48,342 nucleotides of DNA from an uncultured Syntrophomonas sp. (lineage in GTDB: Bacteria > Bacillota > Syntrophomonadia > Syntrophomonadales > Syntrophomonadaceae): NCBI GenBank assembly GCA_964580805.1, contig CAZOMS010000001.1, forward strand, positions 1 through 48,342. Direction: 5' to 3'. The notes under the pieces were generated by a model that was given only the letters and a program-made list of their open reading frames with translations, did no database searches and was not told the DNA's origin. Of the stretch, positions 8,818 to 18,132 are shown one piece after another. Position 1 is the stretch's first letter, and every line of letters starts with the position of its first letter. The position numbers and the translations under genes were made by a program.

Positions 8818-9198
8818 CTACTGTATGAACCGTATCGTAAATGGATATTGATACGATTCTCCGTTGCTGACCTTTATCGCAGCGATCACGGCCAACACAA
8901 AATCAGCGATAATAACGAAGGCCAGCAGTATGCCCAGCAAAACTGCCACTGGTATCAGAATCACCGTTATGGACGTTATTAAAATGGCCACCCCCAGGAG
9001 CAGACTGTAAAAAATCATTGATATTTGGAAATTAAGCGACTGTTTGCCGTTCTCTTCAACCAGCGGGAATTGGTCCTTCTTCAACAGCCAAATGATCAGC
9101 GGTCCCAAAATATTGCCGAACGGTACTCCCACATAAGCCGCCAAGGCCGCCAGATGGCAACCTATGGCCCAATTCCGGGCTTGTTGATTATCATCCAT
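8818..9198 (-). CDS. DUF4870-domain membrane protein
   Basis: This 126-aa ORF reads NWAIGCHLAALAAYVGVPFGNILGPLIIWLLKKD...ENGKQSLNFQIS, with following TM helices as in DUF4870. Confidence 0.7.
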   Translation of the reverse strand: MDDNQQARNWAIGCHLAALAAYVGVPFGNILGPLIIWLLKKDQFPLVEENGKQSLNFQISMIFYSLLLGVAILITSITVILIPVAVLLGILLAFVIIADFVLAVIAAIKVSNGESYQYPFTIRFIQ

Positions 9199-9638
9199 AA
9201 TTACTCCCTCCTTTATTCTTATATATAGAAGCGAAAACCGGATCTCTTACTCCCCTTGATTTGGCTACCGCATGCTGCATATAGCTGATACTCCCATAAT
9301 ACAACCCTATGGTATGAATCGCAATTCATAGCCAAGATATCTGAGAGAAGTGAAAATAAAGATCCGTAGCTGTAATCTATGGATCTGGCTGCTGGGTGCG
9401 CAGATGTCCGTTTGAAACCTTTAGAGAATCTGGACCGTAACCCACATAATCTTCCGGAAGATATTTATATCTGGTGCCAAGAAACCCGCTAAATTAACAA
9501 AACAGGTCTTAACATGATATAAGGAGCTAAAACAGTATAATGTGTTATAATTTTGTCGATGTATAGTAGGAAACTAAATATAACAAGGGACAACAAAAAG
9601 GCAATGCATTATTAATAAAGAAAGGGTAGCAACAAGGA

Positions 9639-10355
9639 ATGCAATTGGTTACTTTTGCCGGACCTCCCTCCTCAGGGAAAACATCGGTCATTTCCAAAAT
9701 GATTCGCATTTATCTGGACCGCGGAGTCAAGGTAGGCGTTGTCAAATTCGACTGCCTGCAAAGCAATGACGACAAACTCTATGCCCATCTGGACGTGCCG
9801 GTATTATTAGGTTTGTCTGGCCAGCACTGCCCTGATCACTACTATATAAGCAACATTGAAGACGTGTTTAATTGGGGTATCGAGCTGGGACTAGACATCT
9901 TGTTAACAGAAAGCGCTGGCCTGTGCAACCGCTGTGCCCCGCATATCCGGGGTATACCGGCAGTCTGTGTCATTGACCAAATGAGTGGCGTGCACACACC
10001 GAGAAAGATCGGGCCGATGCTCCGGTTTGCGGATATTGTTGTCATTACCAAGAGCGATGTCGTTTCCCAGGCCGAAAGGGAAGTTTTCGAGATGAATGTT
10101 CAGTATGTAAACCCCCGGGCCGATATTCTTCATATTAATGGTCTGACCGGCCAGGGGACCGAAGAATTGATCGAGATACTGGATACCTTTTCGGCCGATT
10201 CAACGGTCACCGATAATAAACTGCGTTGTCCCATGCCGATGGCGCTTTGTTCTTACTGTTTAGGAGAAACCAACATCGGGGCCCAGTACCAGCTTGGCAA
10301 TTTGAGAAGGATTGAGATCCGGCAGAGAGGTATGGGGGAAGCCAATGATGGTTGA
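9639..10355 (+). CDS. G3E-family P-loop GTPase (HypB/UreG/CobW-like metallochaperone) with C-terminal Cys cluster
   Basis: This 238-aa ORF has Walker A GPPSSGKTS, ESAGLCNRCAPH (switch/Cys motif), TKSD (G4) and C-terminal CPMPMALCSYC. Confidence 0.75.
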   Translation: MQLVTFAGPPSSGKTSVISKMIRIYLDRGVKVGVVKFDCLQSNDDKLYAHLDVPVLLGLSGQHCPDHYYISNIEDVFNWGIELGLDILLTESAGLCNRCAPHIRGIPAVCVIDQMSGVHTPRKIGPMLRFADIVVITKSDVVSQAEREVFEMNVQYVNPRADILHINGLTGQGTEELIEILDTFSADSTVTDNKLRCPMPMALCSYCLGETNIGAQYQLGNLRRIEIRQRGMGEANDG

Positions 10356-11382
10356 TAAGTATATGAAACAACCGGTGAAAAACCTGTTTGCCGAACATCC
10401 CTATGCGAAAGACTGGCTGGAACAGATCAGCTGCGTCATCGACTCTGATGATACGCTCTATGATGTCGTATTTAAGCAAAAGGAATCGTTCTATGTTTCC
10501 CAAAACATGAACGCCCGCATGCTCATGCAGCAGTTTGAAGATTATTTGGCGGTCATGAAAGATATGATGGAACAGTCCAAACAGGAAGTCCAAGCGGTAA
10601 CCTTGCTTGCTGGGCGCAGCAAAAGCGGGGAAGCGGAGGAGTTTGAACCCCTGGTCTTTTACCCAGGGGAAATCATTGCTATCGTAGGTCCGACCGGCAG
10701 CGGAAAAAGCCGCCTGCTGCAAGATATTGAATGCGGAGCCCATGGCAACACGCCAACCGGAAGACAGGTATTAATTAATGGCGAACCCTCTTATACAGGT
10801 AAAAAGAAGAGAGCGCGGCAACGGATGGTAGCCCAGCTTTCCCAGAACATGAACTTCGTCATCGATCTGACCGTAAGAGAATTTCTCAGTATGCATGCCC
10901 GCTGCTGGCCGTCAGGGGACATCGGCGGGAAAATCGAGCGCATACTGGAACTCGCCAATTCTCTGGCGGGAGAGAAGTTTGCCATGGAGAGCAACGTTGC
11001 CCAACTTAGCGGAGGCCAGTCCCGAGCTCTGATGATCGCGGATTGTGCGCTGTTGTCCTATACCCCCATCGTGCTGATCGATGAGATAGAAAACGCCGGG
11101 ATCAATCGCCGCAAAGCCTTGGAGCTGTTAACCGGCGAAGACAAGATCGTTTTTCTGACCACCCACGATCCGTTGCTGGCCCTGCTGGCCCAGACGCGGC
11201 TGGTTATAAGAAACGGCGGTGTTCACAGGGTTATCTTACGAACGAAAAGAGAGGAGGAAACGCTCAGAAAGCTGGAGGTCATGGATAATCAACTTGTTGA
11301 AGTACGGACTAAGATGCGAGCGGGAGAAACGTTGGAAGATTGCGACCTGAAATCAGCAGAATTGGAACCGATAACCATGTGA
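10345..11382 (+). CDS. ABC-type ATPase with about 110-aa non-ABC N-terminal extension and no adjacent cognate membrane subunit
   Basis: The ATG at 10345 overlaps the upstream stop (GGGGGAAG RBS). Motifs are GPTGSGKS, LSGGQSRAL, VLIDEIE and TTHD. Confidence 0.75.
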   Translation: MMVDKYMKQPVKNLFAEHPYAKDWLEQISCVIDSDDTLYDVVFKQKESFYVSQNMNARMLMQQFEDYLAVMKDMMEQSKQEVQAVTLLAGRSKSGEAEEFEPLVFYPGEIIAIVGPTGSGKSRLLQDIECGAHGNTPTGRQVLINGEPSYTGKKKRARQRMVAQLSQNMNFVIDLTVREFLSMHARCWPSGDIGGKIERILELANSLAGEKFAMESNVAQLSGGQSRALMIADCALLSYTPIVLIDEIENAGINRRKALELLTGEDKIVFLTTHDPLLALLAQTRLVIRNGGVHRVILRTKREEETLRKLEVMDNQLVEVRTKMRAGETLEDCDLKSAELEPITM

Positions 11383-11415
11383 ACTCAGAAATACAAGACA
11401 GGAGAACATGACAAG

Positions 11416-12291
11416 ATGGTAAGAGTGCAAATCCAGTTACCCCTTAATATCAGCCGCTCCCTCGAAGAGACCCTAAGGGACCATATCGAAACTAATGCCA
11501 GCGAATACCCAACTGTAATTAGCCTGGACAACTCCCATGCCTGCGGGGGCGAGAGCGTAACGGACCGGCAGCCTGCCGACATCATGATAGGCTTCATGCC
11601 GGAACTGGCGATGCAAACCGACAAACACACCCTGGAACATATAATCAGCGCTCCGGGGCGCTTTCCAATGAAGCAGGAACTGCAAGAACAGGGGTTTGCC
11701 GATCCCAGAGGCTGTTTTCATGCCTTTGGCATCGTCCCTTTTATCATGTTCTATAATCCTGACTATACCGATGAATCTGAACTACCCCGCACCTGGAGTG
11801 ACATCCTGGTTCCGCAATGGAAGGGGCGCATCATGATGCCGGGCAAAGAACACATGGCTCCGCGAGTCATCCGTGCGTTTCTAAAACATGATAATGCAGA
11901 GAAAGCACCAGCGGTAGACGAAAATATCACCTGCCGGGGGATGCCGCCCAATGTCATCGAAGCCGTCAGGAATGGTGAGTTTGCACTAGGGATAACGAAT
12001 ATAACCTTCGGGAAAATATCGGAGAGCCAAAAAATCCGGATGATCTGGCCGGAAGATGGGCTTCTGTGCATGCCTCAAATAATAGCCTGGAGAGAAGGCC
12101 TTGATGAAAGACTATTGAAGCTGGGTGACTTTATGCTGTCAGCCAAAGTCCAGGGTTTACTCACTCAACAGGCTTTTATCCCCATGGCGCCGGGAACCGA
12201 GTTCCCAGAGATGATTAGAGCTCACCAAGTGGGGCTCAAGTGGAGAGGTTGGGATGAGTTCCGCCAGGCGATGAGAAACAGCGAGGCTTAA
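11416..12291 (+). CDS. Periplasmic-binding-protein-fold (Fe3+/polyamine-type SBP-like) protein lacking any signal peptide
   Basis: This is a 291-aa ORF. The N-terminus MVRVQIQLPLNISRSLEETLRD is hydrophilic. Internal WSDILVPQWKGRIMMP and ITNITFG...MIWPEDG segments resemble class II SBPs. The family call is tentative. Confidence 0.55.
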   Translation: MVRVQIQLPLNISRSLEETLRDHIETNASEYPTVISLDNSHACGGESVTDRQPADIMIGFMPELAMQTDKHTLEHIISAPGRFPMKQELQEQGFADPRGCFHAFGIVPFIMFYNPDYTDESELPRTWSDILVPQWKGRIMMPGKEHMAPRVIRAFLKHDNAEKAPAVDENITCRGMPPNVIEAVRNGEFALGITNITFGKISESQKIRMIWPEDGLLCMPQIIAWREGLDERLLKLGDFMLSAKVQGLLTQQAFIPMAPGTEFPEMIRAHQVGLKWRGWDEFRQAMRNSEA

Positions 12292-12303
12292 GGGGGAACC
12301 GCC

Positions 12304-13035
12304 TTGTTTGAAATGCGCAATGTCAACTTAAGCTACGGCCAGCTCCAAGTGTTAAGTAACTTCACCTGGTGTGGAGAGAACAACCGGTTTATCTGCCTGC
12401 TGGGCTCTTCCGGCGTTGGTAAGACCAGTATCTTGAATGTGTTTGCCGGAATACTGAAGCCTGATTCCGGGTTTGTTTCTGCGGGGGCGGAAAGGCTGGC
12501 CTATGTATTCCAAGAACCGCGTCTTCTGCCGTGGATGACGGTGGAACAAAATATGGAAGTCGGTCTATACAAATTGAATAGAAATAAGGACTGGAGAAAG
12601 AAAAAAGTACGACAAGTGCTGCAAAAAATAGGCCTGGAGGAATTCGGAGGGTATTTTCCGGAACAATTGAGCGGGGGAATGAAACAAAGGGTTTCTATTG
12701 GACGGGCCTATGTTATTCAACCTGATTTGCTTTTGCTGGACGAGCCTTTTATAGGACTGGACGAAGCCCTGAAAACAGAAATGCAGGATTTGCTCCTGGA
12801 GCTTAAGAACTGGCATATGTGCACCAGCATCATGGTGACCCACGATATCCGGGAGGCTATAAAACTAGGTGACCGCATTATTGTCATCGATGGCAGGCCG
12901 GTACGTATTGTATTGGATGTCACCATAAACCTGGATGATAAGAATAAACCGGACTATAGAACCGCACTGGAAAAAAAGATTCTGTTTGTTTTGCAAAAAA
13001 CCAATACAAATATAGGGATGGTGAATGATTTATGA
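12304..13035 (+). CDS. ABC transporter ATP-binding protein, NitT/TauT (SsuB/ThiZ-like) family
   Basis: This is a 243-aa ORF with a TTG start after AGGGGGA. Motifs are GSSGVGKTS, LSGGMKQRVSIGRA and LLLDEPF. Confidence 0.85.
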   Translation: MFEMRNVNLSYGQLQVLSNFTWCGENNRFICLLGSSGVGKTSILNVFAGILKPDSGFVSAGAERLAYVFQEPRLLPWMTVEQNMEVGLYKLNRNKDWRKKKVRQVLQKIGLEEFGGYFPEQLSGGMKQRVSIGRAYVIQPDLLLLDEPFIGLDEALKTEMQDLLLELKNWHMCTSIMVTHDIREAIKLGDRIIVIDGRPVRIVLDVTINLDDKNKPDYRTALEKKILFVLQKTNTNIGMVNDL

Positions 13036-14039
13036 AAAAGAGAATTTTAGTCCTTATTCTAAGCCTGTCATTGCTTATTGGCGCTACAGGATGCGGCAAT
13101 AACAAACCAAGTACGGAAGCGGAGAAAACCGGGACAACGCCGGTCACGTTTGAACAACTGGATTTAAAGATCGGCAGCGCTCCGGGTCCGGTTACCTATC
13201 CGCTGGCGACGATGAGCGAAAAGAATCCCAATATAATCCTTAATCCATGGCAGAGTGGTGAACAACTGACGGCGATGATAACTTCCAAGGAAGTCGATCT
13301 TTGCAGTACGCCGCTGAGTAACGCGCTGTTGACTCATAATAAAGGTATGGACACCCAGCTTTTGATGGTTACGGTATGGGGCATGCTCTACGTTATGACC
13401 ACAGGAAACGACATTACTTCCATTCAGGATCTAAAGGGAAAAGAAGTCGTTGTTTCGGGGAAGGGCGGAATCCACGATCTCATTTTCCGCCATCTTCTGA
13501 TTAAGAACGAAATCAATCCGGATCAAGATTTGAAAATTACTTATCTCGATATGGCAGAAGCCTCACAGCGTTTGGCTGCAGGGCAGATAAAATATGCAGT
13601 CCTTAACGAGCCTCAATCGAGTATCGCCGCTATGAATGCCAAAAAAGCCAATCTGGAGCTCAACCGGGTACTTGATCTAACCGAAGAATGGAGTAAGCTT
13701 CCGGGACAAAAAGACAAGCGATTTCCAATGGCAGGGATAATCGTTGTCAATGGCAGCGGAGCCCCGCCGGAGCAGATCGCAGCATTTGAGAAGGCCTATA
13801 TCGAGGAGGCCGCATGGGTCAACGAACATGGACAGGAAGCAGGGCCTATTGTGGAGAAACATGTTCCGACCATGAAAGCGATGGCAGTCACGCAATCCAT
13901 CCAATATGCCCGTTTGGATCCCAAGCCGGCTACGGAGTGCAAGGCAGAAGTCATGGATTTCTTTAAGGAGTTGACGACGACGGCAGATATCCAGGCATTC
14001 GGGGGTAAGTTACCGGATGATGAATTCTTCTACCGATAA
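13032..14039 (+). CDS. ABC transporter substrate-binding lipoprotein, NMT1/THI5-like (SsuA/ThiY-type)
   Basis: This is a 335-aa ORF with the lipobox LLIGATGCGN. It overlaps the ATPase stop (ATGA). Confidence 0.75.
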   Translation: MKKRILVLILSLSLLIGATGCGNNKPSTEAEKTGTTPVTFEQLDLKIGSAPGPVTYPLATMSEKNPNIILNPWQSGEQLTAMITSKEVDLCSTPLSNALLTHNKGMDTQLLMVTVWGMLYVMTTGNDITSIQDLKGKEVVVSGKGGIHDLIFRHLLIKNEINPDQDLKITYLDMAEASQRLAAGQIKYAVLNEPQSSIAAMNAKKANLELNRVLDLTEEWSKLPGQKDKRFPMAGIIVVNGSGAPPEQIAAFEKAYIEEAAWVNEHGQEAGPIVEKHVPTMKAMAVTQSIQYARLDPKPATECKAEVMDFFKELTTTADIQAFGGKLPDDEFFYR

Positions 14040-14769
14040 TCGTGTCTTGTGGTACGCCTCGGGCGTAGCCTTAATGTTGCTGGGATGGCAGCTGCTTTCC
14101 GTAAGGTACAACCAGGTAATCGTGCCGTCGCCCCTCGAAACGTGGTATGCTTTCGCGGAAGTTGTTCACAGTGGTGAATTGATTGAAAATCTGCATATTA
14201 CGTTTTCCCGGCAGCTAACCGGTCTGCTGCTTGGTCTGACGATCGGGACTTCGACTGGGGTAGTTGCGGGGATCTTTAAGAGAATAGAACTGATGACGCA
14301 GCCGATGATTACATTCTTGCTGTCGGTACCGGCTATCATCTTTGTCACTATGGCCATGGTCTGGTTCGGTATGGGAACCAAAATGACTGTATTTCTGGTG
14401 GCCTTGTTAGTATTTCCGGTCATGCATACGAATACTGCCTCGGGTATCAATTCAATCGAGCCGGAGTTAAAGCAAATGGCGGATGTATACCGAATGCCGC
14501 TATTGAAGAAATTGAGCCAGATTTACTTGCCAGGCATGCGGGGACATTTGATTACCGGCTTTGCTCTGGGATTGGCGGCTTCCCTAAGGCTGACTATCAT
14601 GGCGGAGATGTTGGGCGCAGCCGATGGGATGGGACAAAGAATCTACATATCGCGAATGTATCTGGAAACCGAAAAACTCTTCGCCTGGGTGGGCGTATTA
14701 TTGATCATATTGGTGCTGCTCGAATTCCTCTTCATCCGCCCGTTGAAGAAATGGACCCGGGTGGCCTGA
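14017..14769 (+). CDS. ABC transporter permease, NitT/TauT (BPD_transp_1) family
   Basis: This is a 250-aa ORF with about 6 TM helices. It overlaps the SBP gene. Confidence 0.8.
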   Translation: MMNSSTDNRVLWYASGVALMLLGWQLLSVRYNQVIVPSPLETWYAFAEVVHSGELIENLHITFSRQLTGLLLGLTIGTSTGVVAGIFKRIELMTQPMITFLLSVPAIIFVTMAMVWFGMGTKMTVFLVALLVFPVMHTNTASGINSIEPELKQMADVYRMPLLKKLSQIYLPGMRGHLITGFALGLAASLRLTIMAEMLGAADGMGQRIYISRMYLETEKLFAWVGVLLIILVLLEFLFIRPLKKWTRVA

Positions 14770-14796
14770 GTAAGATAACAGCTAAAGGAGAGCTAT

Positions 14797-15426
14797 ATGA
14801 ACGATAAGATGAAGGATAAGAAAGGCTTTAATGAAAGTGTAAGAAAGATAATCTATCCGGTATTTCCGTTGTTGGCGGACGATTTTCTCCAGAAAAGCGG
14901 CATCACCCAAGGCGTGAGTCTTGATATCGGTACCGGTAACGGCTATCTGGGCTTGGCTTTGGCCGAAAAAAGCGATCTGCAGGTCCGTTTGGTCGATATT
15001 GATTCCGAAATGCTGGAATTCGCCCAGGAGAATATCAGGGAGCGCCAATTGGCGGGCAGAGTGGATACTGTACGGGCAGACGTCGAAGCCCTTCCATTTC
15101 CGGATAACTACGCGCAATTGATTGTCAGCCGTGGGTCAGTGTTTTTTTGGGAGAACCAGGCAGCGGGATTAAATGAGGTTTATCGCGTGCTCGCCCCTGG
15201 GGGGATGTCCTTCATCGGGGGAGGTTTTGCGACGCCTGAGCTTATGGAAGAGGTCAAGTATAAGATGATGAAAAAAGACCCTGATTGGGAGAAACACCTG
15301 GCCGAAAGGATTGGCCCCGATGCACCGGATAGATTCCGGGAGGTCTTGCGCAAGACCCGGATACCGGAATCAAAATCCGAAATCACTTATGACTCGGTAA
15401 ATTTGTGGATGGTCATTAGGAAATAA
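14797..15426 (+). CDS. Class I SAM-dependent methyltransferase
   Basis: This is a 209-aa ORF. Motif I is LDIGTGNGYLGLAL, and post-I/II are VDID and ALPFPDNYAQLIVSRG. Confidence 0.8.
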   Translation: MNDKMKDKKGFNESVRKIIYPVFPLLADDFLQKSGITQGVSLDIGTGNGYLGLALAEKSDLQVRLVDIDSEMLEFAQENIRERQLAGRVDTVRADVEALPFPDNYAQLIVSRGSVFFWENQAAGLNEVYRVLAPGGMSFIGGGFATPELMEEVKYKMMKKDPDWEKHLAERIGPDAPDRFREVLRKTRIPESKSEITYDSVNLWMVIRK

Positions 15427-15937
15427 GACTTCTAAATTGTTCGGCCATGAGGGCGGGGAGAGCATCACGGTTTTCCATGGTAACGGGGATGAGCTTTACT
15501 CTGGGATGCCTTCTGATTCGATCCGTCCACCCCCGGCTGTCCTGTTTTACAACCCCCAATACGGGCGTGCTGCTTTCCAGAGTTTCAAGGACTTCTTGTT
15601 GAAATAGCAGCGCGTCTGATTCCAGGCTGCCGCATTCATCCATTATAATCAAGGCCGAACTTGTGCGGGCCGTTCTGATCAACTGCACCCCATATGTATT
15701 CCATACCGCCGTTAAAGCTTGGGGCGGACGGCCAGCGGCAAAAACAACGACCGCGTTCTCTCGCTTAAAAGTTTTGGGCTCCGCGGCGGGGTTCATATAC
15801 AGCAACCGGTCCGGGGATTTCCGGTCGGGGCCAAAATAGGTCTTGAAGCCCCCGGGGGTAACTTTCAATAGTGTCAGGGTTTTGCCAATCACCGTGCTTT
15901 TCCCAACTTGAATTGCACCGGTCAAAAATATATGCAT
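15416..15937 (-). CDS. P-loop NTPase, THEP1/NTPase_1 (DUF2478-like)
   Basis: This is a 173-aa ORF with Walker A TGAIQVGKST and Walker B LIIMDECG. Its 3' end overlaps the convergent methyltransferase gene by 11 nt. Confidence 0.65.
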   Translation of the reverse strand: MHIFLTGAIQVGKSTVIGKTLTLLKVTPGGFKTYFGPDRKSPDRLLYMNPAAEPKTFKRENAVVVFAAGRPPQALTAVWNTYGVQLIRTARTSSALIIMDECGSLESDALLFQQEVLETLESSTPVLGVVKQDSRGWTDRIRRHPRVKLIPVTMENRDALPALMAEQFRSLIS

Positions 15938-16066
15938 ATTTGCACTTCACCTCTGCACTTCTACAGTGATGTCTTATATTATCCCCAGCCTTATTATAAC
16001 CTGTTCCTGACTTACTCTCCAGCTGATATGAGTTAAGTTATGTTTGTTTAAGTAGGTTCATGTTTA

Positions 16067-16096
16067 TTGACAGATCTCGAGTAAATTAAGTATACT
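16067..16096 (+). promoter_or_regulatory. Sigma-A-type promoter for the FecCD/BtuC-type importer operon
   Basis: TTGACA (16067-16072), an 18-nt spacer, then TATACT (16091-16096). Confidence 0.5.
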
Positions 16097-16193
16097 TCTT
16101 AGCAGCATAAGAAAAATCATGTGTCTTTTCGGCTGAGTTCTCATGGTTTCGTTCGAAATCAAGTTATTATGTTTTGGAAGAGGCGAAAAGAGG

Positions 16194-17207
16194 ATGGAAC
16201 AGTCGAAGCGAAAGATCGCTGTCATATTTGGACTCGCCATTGCTCTGAGTATAACCATTATCATCTCTTTTCGGCTGGGCCGCTATCCGATTTCCACCCC
16301 GGAGCTTTTCGGCATTATATTCACCCCATTCCATTCGATTGAGCCGTTTTGGACCGACCAAACCGAATCCATTCTCTTCAACGTCCGCCTGCCCCGCATC
16401 TTACTGGCCTGCCTGGTCGGCTGCTGCCTATCCGCAGCCGGTGCAGCCTATCAGGGAATATTTCAAAATCCCATGGCGGCCCCGGATATTTTAGGAGCGT
16501 CGGCCGGAGCTGCTTTTGGTGCTGCCTTTGCCATACTGTATTACGGAAACAGCTATATGATTACGATCAGTGCTTTTGGTTTCAGCTTGCTTAGTGTGGC
16601 CATAGTCTATCTGATCAGCAAGAGGACCCAAGGCATGAGCGTTTTGGGATTGATTCTGGCTGGGATAATGGTCAGCTCTCTCTTCTCCGCAGCGACATCC
16701 TATATCAAATTGGTGGCCGATCCCACTGACCAGTTGCCGGCTATTACCTATTGGCTGATTGGAAGCCTGGCGGGGGCCAAAATGAGTCAGATTCAGTTTG
16801 CATTCGCTCCCATGGCCATAGGACTGGTGGTCCTGATGCTCATCCGCTGGCAGCTCAATCTTCTTACCATGGGAGAAGATGAAGCAAAAACCATGGGGAT
16901 TCGAGTCAAATACATACGGCTGTTGGTGATTATCAGCGCTACTTTGATTACAGCCGCCAGTGTGTCCGTAAGCGGCATGATAGGTTGGGTGGGCTTGGTT
17001 ATTCCCCATCTGACCAGAAGGTTGGTGGGGAACAATTATAAGTATCTCATGCCGGCCACGATGCTATCGGGAGCAATTTTTCTGCTGCTGGTGGATAACG
17101 TCTCCCGGAACCTGCTGGCCACGGAAATTCCCCTGGGCATATTGACCGCATTCGTCGGAGCACCTTTCTTCATTTATCTGATCACCAGGAAGGGGGAAGT
17201 GTATTGA
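16194..17207 (+). CDS. FecCD/BtuC-family ABC permease (iron-siderophore/cobalamin type)
   Basis: The ORF is 16143..17207, with ATG 16194 after AAGAGG. It is multi-TM and has the typical LGEDEAKTMGI and GWVGLVIPHL motifs. Confidence 0.85.
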   Translation: MEQSKRKIAVIFGLAIALSITIIISFRLGRYPISTPELFGIIFTPFHSIEPFWTDQTESILFNVRLPRILLACLVGCCLSAAGAAYQGIFQNPMAAPDILGASAGAAFGAAFAILYYGNSYMITISAFGFSLLSVAIVYLISKRTQGMSVLGLILAGIMVSSLFSAATSYIKLVADPTDQLPAITYWLIGSLAGAKMSQIQFAFAPMAIGLVVLMLIRWQLNLLTMGEDEAKTMGIRVKYIRLLVIISATLITAASVSVSGMIGWVGLVIPHLTRRLVGNNYKYLMPATMLSGAIFLLLVDNVSRNLLATEIPLGILTAFVGAPFFIYLITRKGEVY

Positions 17208-17983
17208 CCATCGCGATCTCCAACCTACACTTCAGCTATGGGAACCGACTCGTGCTTGATGATATCAGCTTTTCGGCCCAGACCAATCAATTATTGTCGA
17301 TCATTGGGCCTAATGGGGTGGGGAAAAGCACATTGTTCCGTTGCATCCTGGGCTTATTGAGCAATTACCAGGGAGAGATACTGATCAATGATCTTGACAT
17401 CAGGGACCTTGATGTCAGGGCGATGGCCCGGCTTATTGCCTATATACCCCAATCTCACTATCCCTACTTTAACTACAGCGTCTTCGATATGGTGCTGATG
17501 GGGACCTCGGTTCAGGTTTCCGTTGTTTCCAGCCCCGGTCAAAAACAACTGGAGCTGGTGGAATACACTTTGGCGCGCCTGGGGATCAGTCATTTGAGAA
17601 ACCGGGGCTACACCCAGATCAGTGGCGGCGAACAACAGCTGGTCCTGTTGGCGCGTGCCCTGGTCCAGGAAGCGAGGATCCTGGTTCTGGATGAACCCAC
17701 GGCTAATCTGGATTTTGGCAATCAATATCGGGTTATGGCGCAAATCAAGTCACTGGCTCAAGAAGGCTATACCATTATTCAGGCCACTCATAACCCTGAG
17801 CAGGCTTTTTTATACTCAGACAAGGTTCTGGCTATGAAGGATGGAAAGGTGGTGACGATGGGCACACCAGCGGAGATTTTTACCGCAGATCTGATCCAGA
17901 CCCTATATGGTGTGGATGTTGAAATGCAGAGTCTGTGTGATGGTAAGGTAAAAGTCTGCATGCCCAAGAGTGTGTGTTCCTAA
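17204..17983 (+). CDS. ABC ATP-binding protein, FecE/BtuD type
   Basis: This is a 259-aa ORF whose TTG start overlaps the permease stop. Motifs are GPNGVGKST, ISGGEQQLVLLARAL and LVLDEPTANLD. Confidence 0.85.
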   Translation: MTIAISNLHFSYGNRLVLDDISFSAQTNQLLSIIGPNGVGKSTLFRCILGLLSNYQGEILINDLDIRDLDVRAMARLIAYIPQSHYPYFNYSVFDMVLMGTSVQVSVVSSPGQKQLELVEYTLARLGISHLRNRGYTQISGGEQQLVLLARALVQEARILVLDEPTANLDFGNQYRVMAQIKSLAQEGYTIIQATHNPEQAFLYSDKVLAMKDGKVVTMGTPAEIFTADLIQTLYGVDVEMQSLCDGKVKVCMPKSVCS

Positions 17984-18132
17984 AAGCTGTGACTCTACGT
18001 CTGAGCCAAAACATATTTATCAAACGCCTGCGGAACGGCGTAAACGAGATGCGCAATGCAGGCGTTTAAGCGCCCGCGTTTGACGCCCAACTCGCCCGTG
18101 TGCTCATTTGAACTAAAGGAGGAGGATTTTGG

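Noticed and set aside
15940-16193. Expected cobalamin riboswitch ahead of the BtuFCD-like operon
   Set aside because: I looked for the B12 box and the GGTGCC...AAGGGAA core on both strands and found neither. Only a sigma-A-type promoter is visible.
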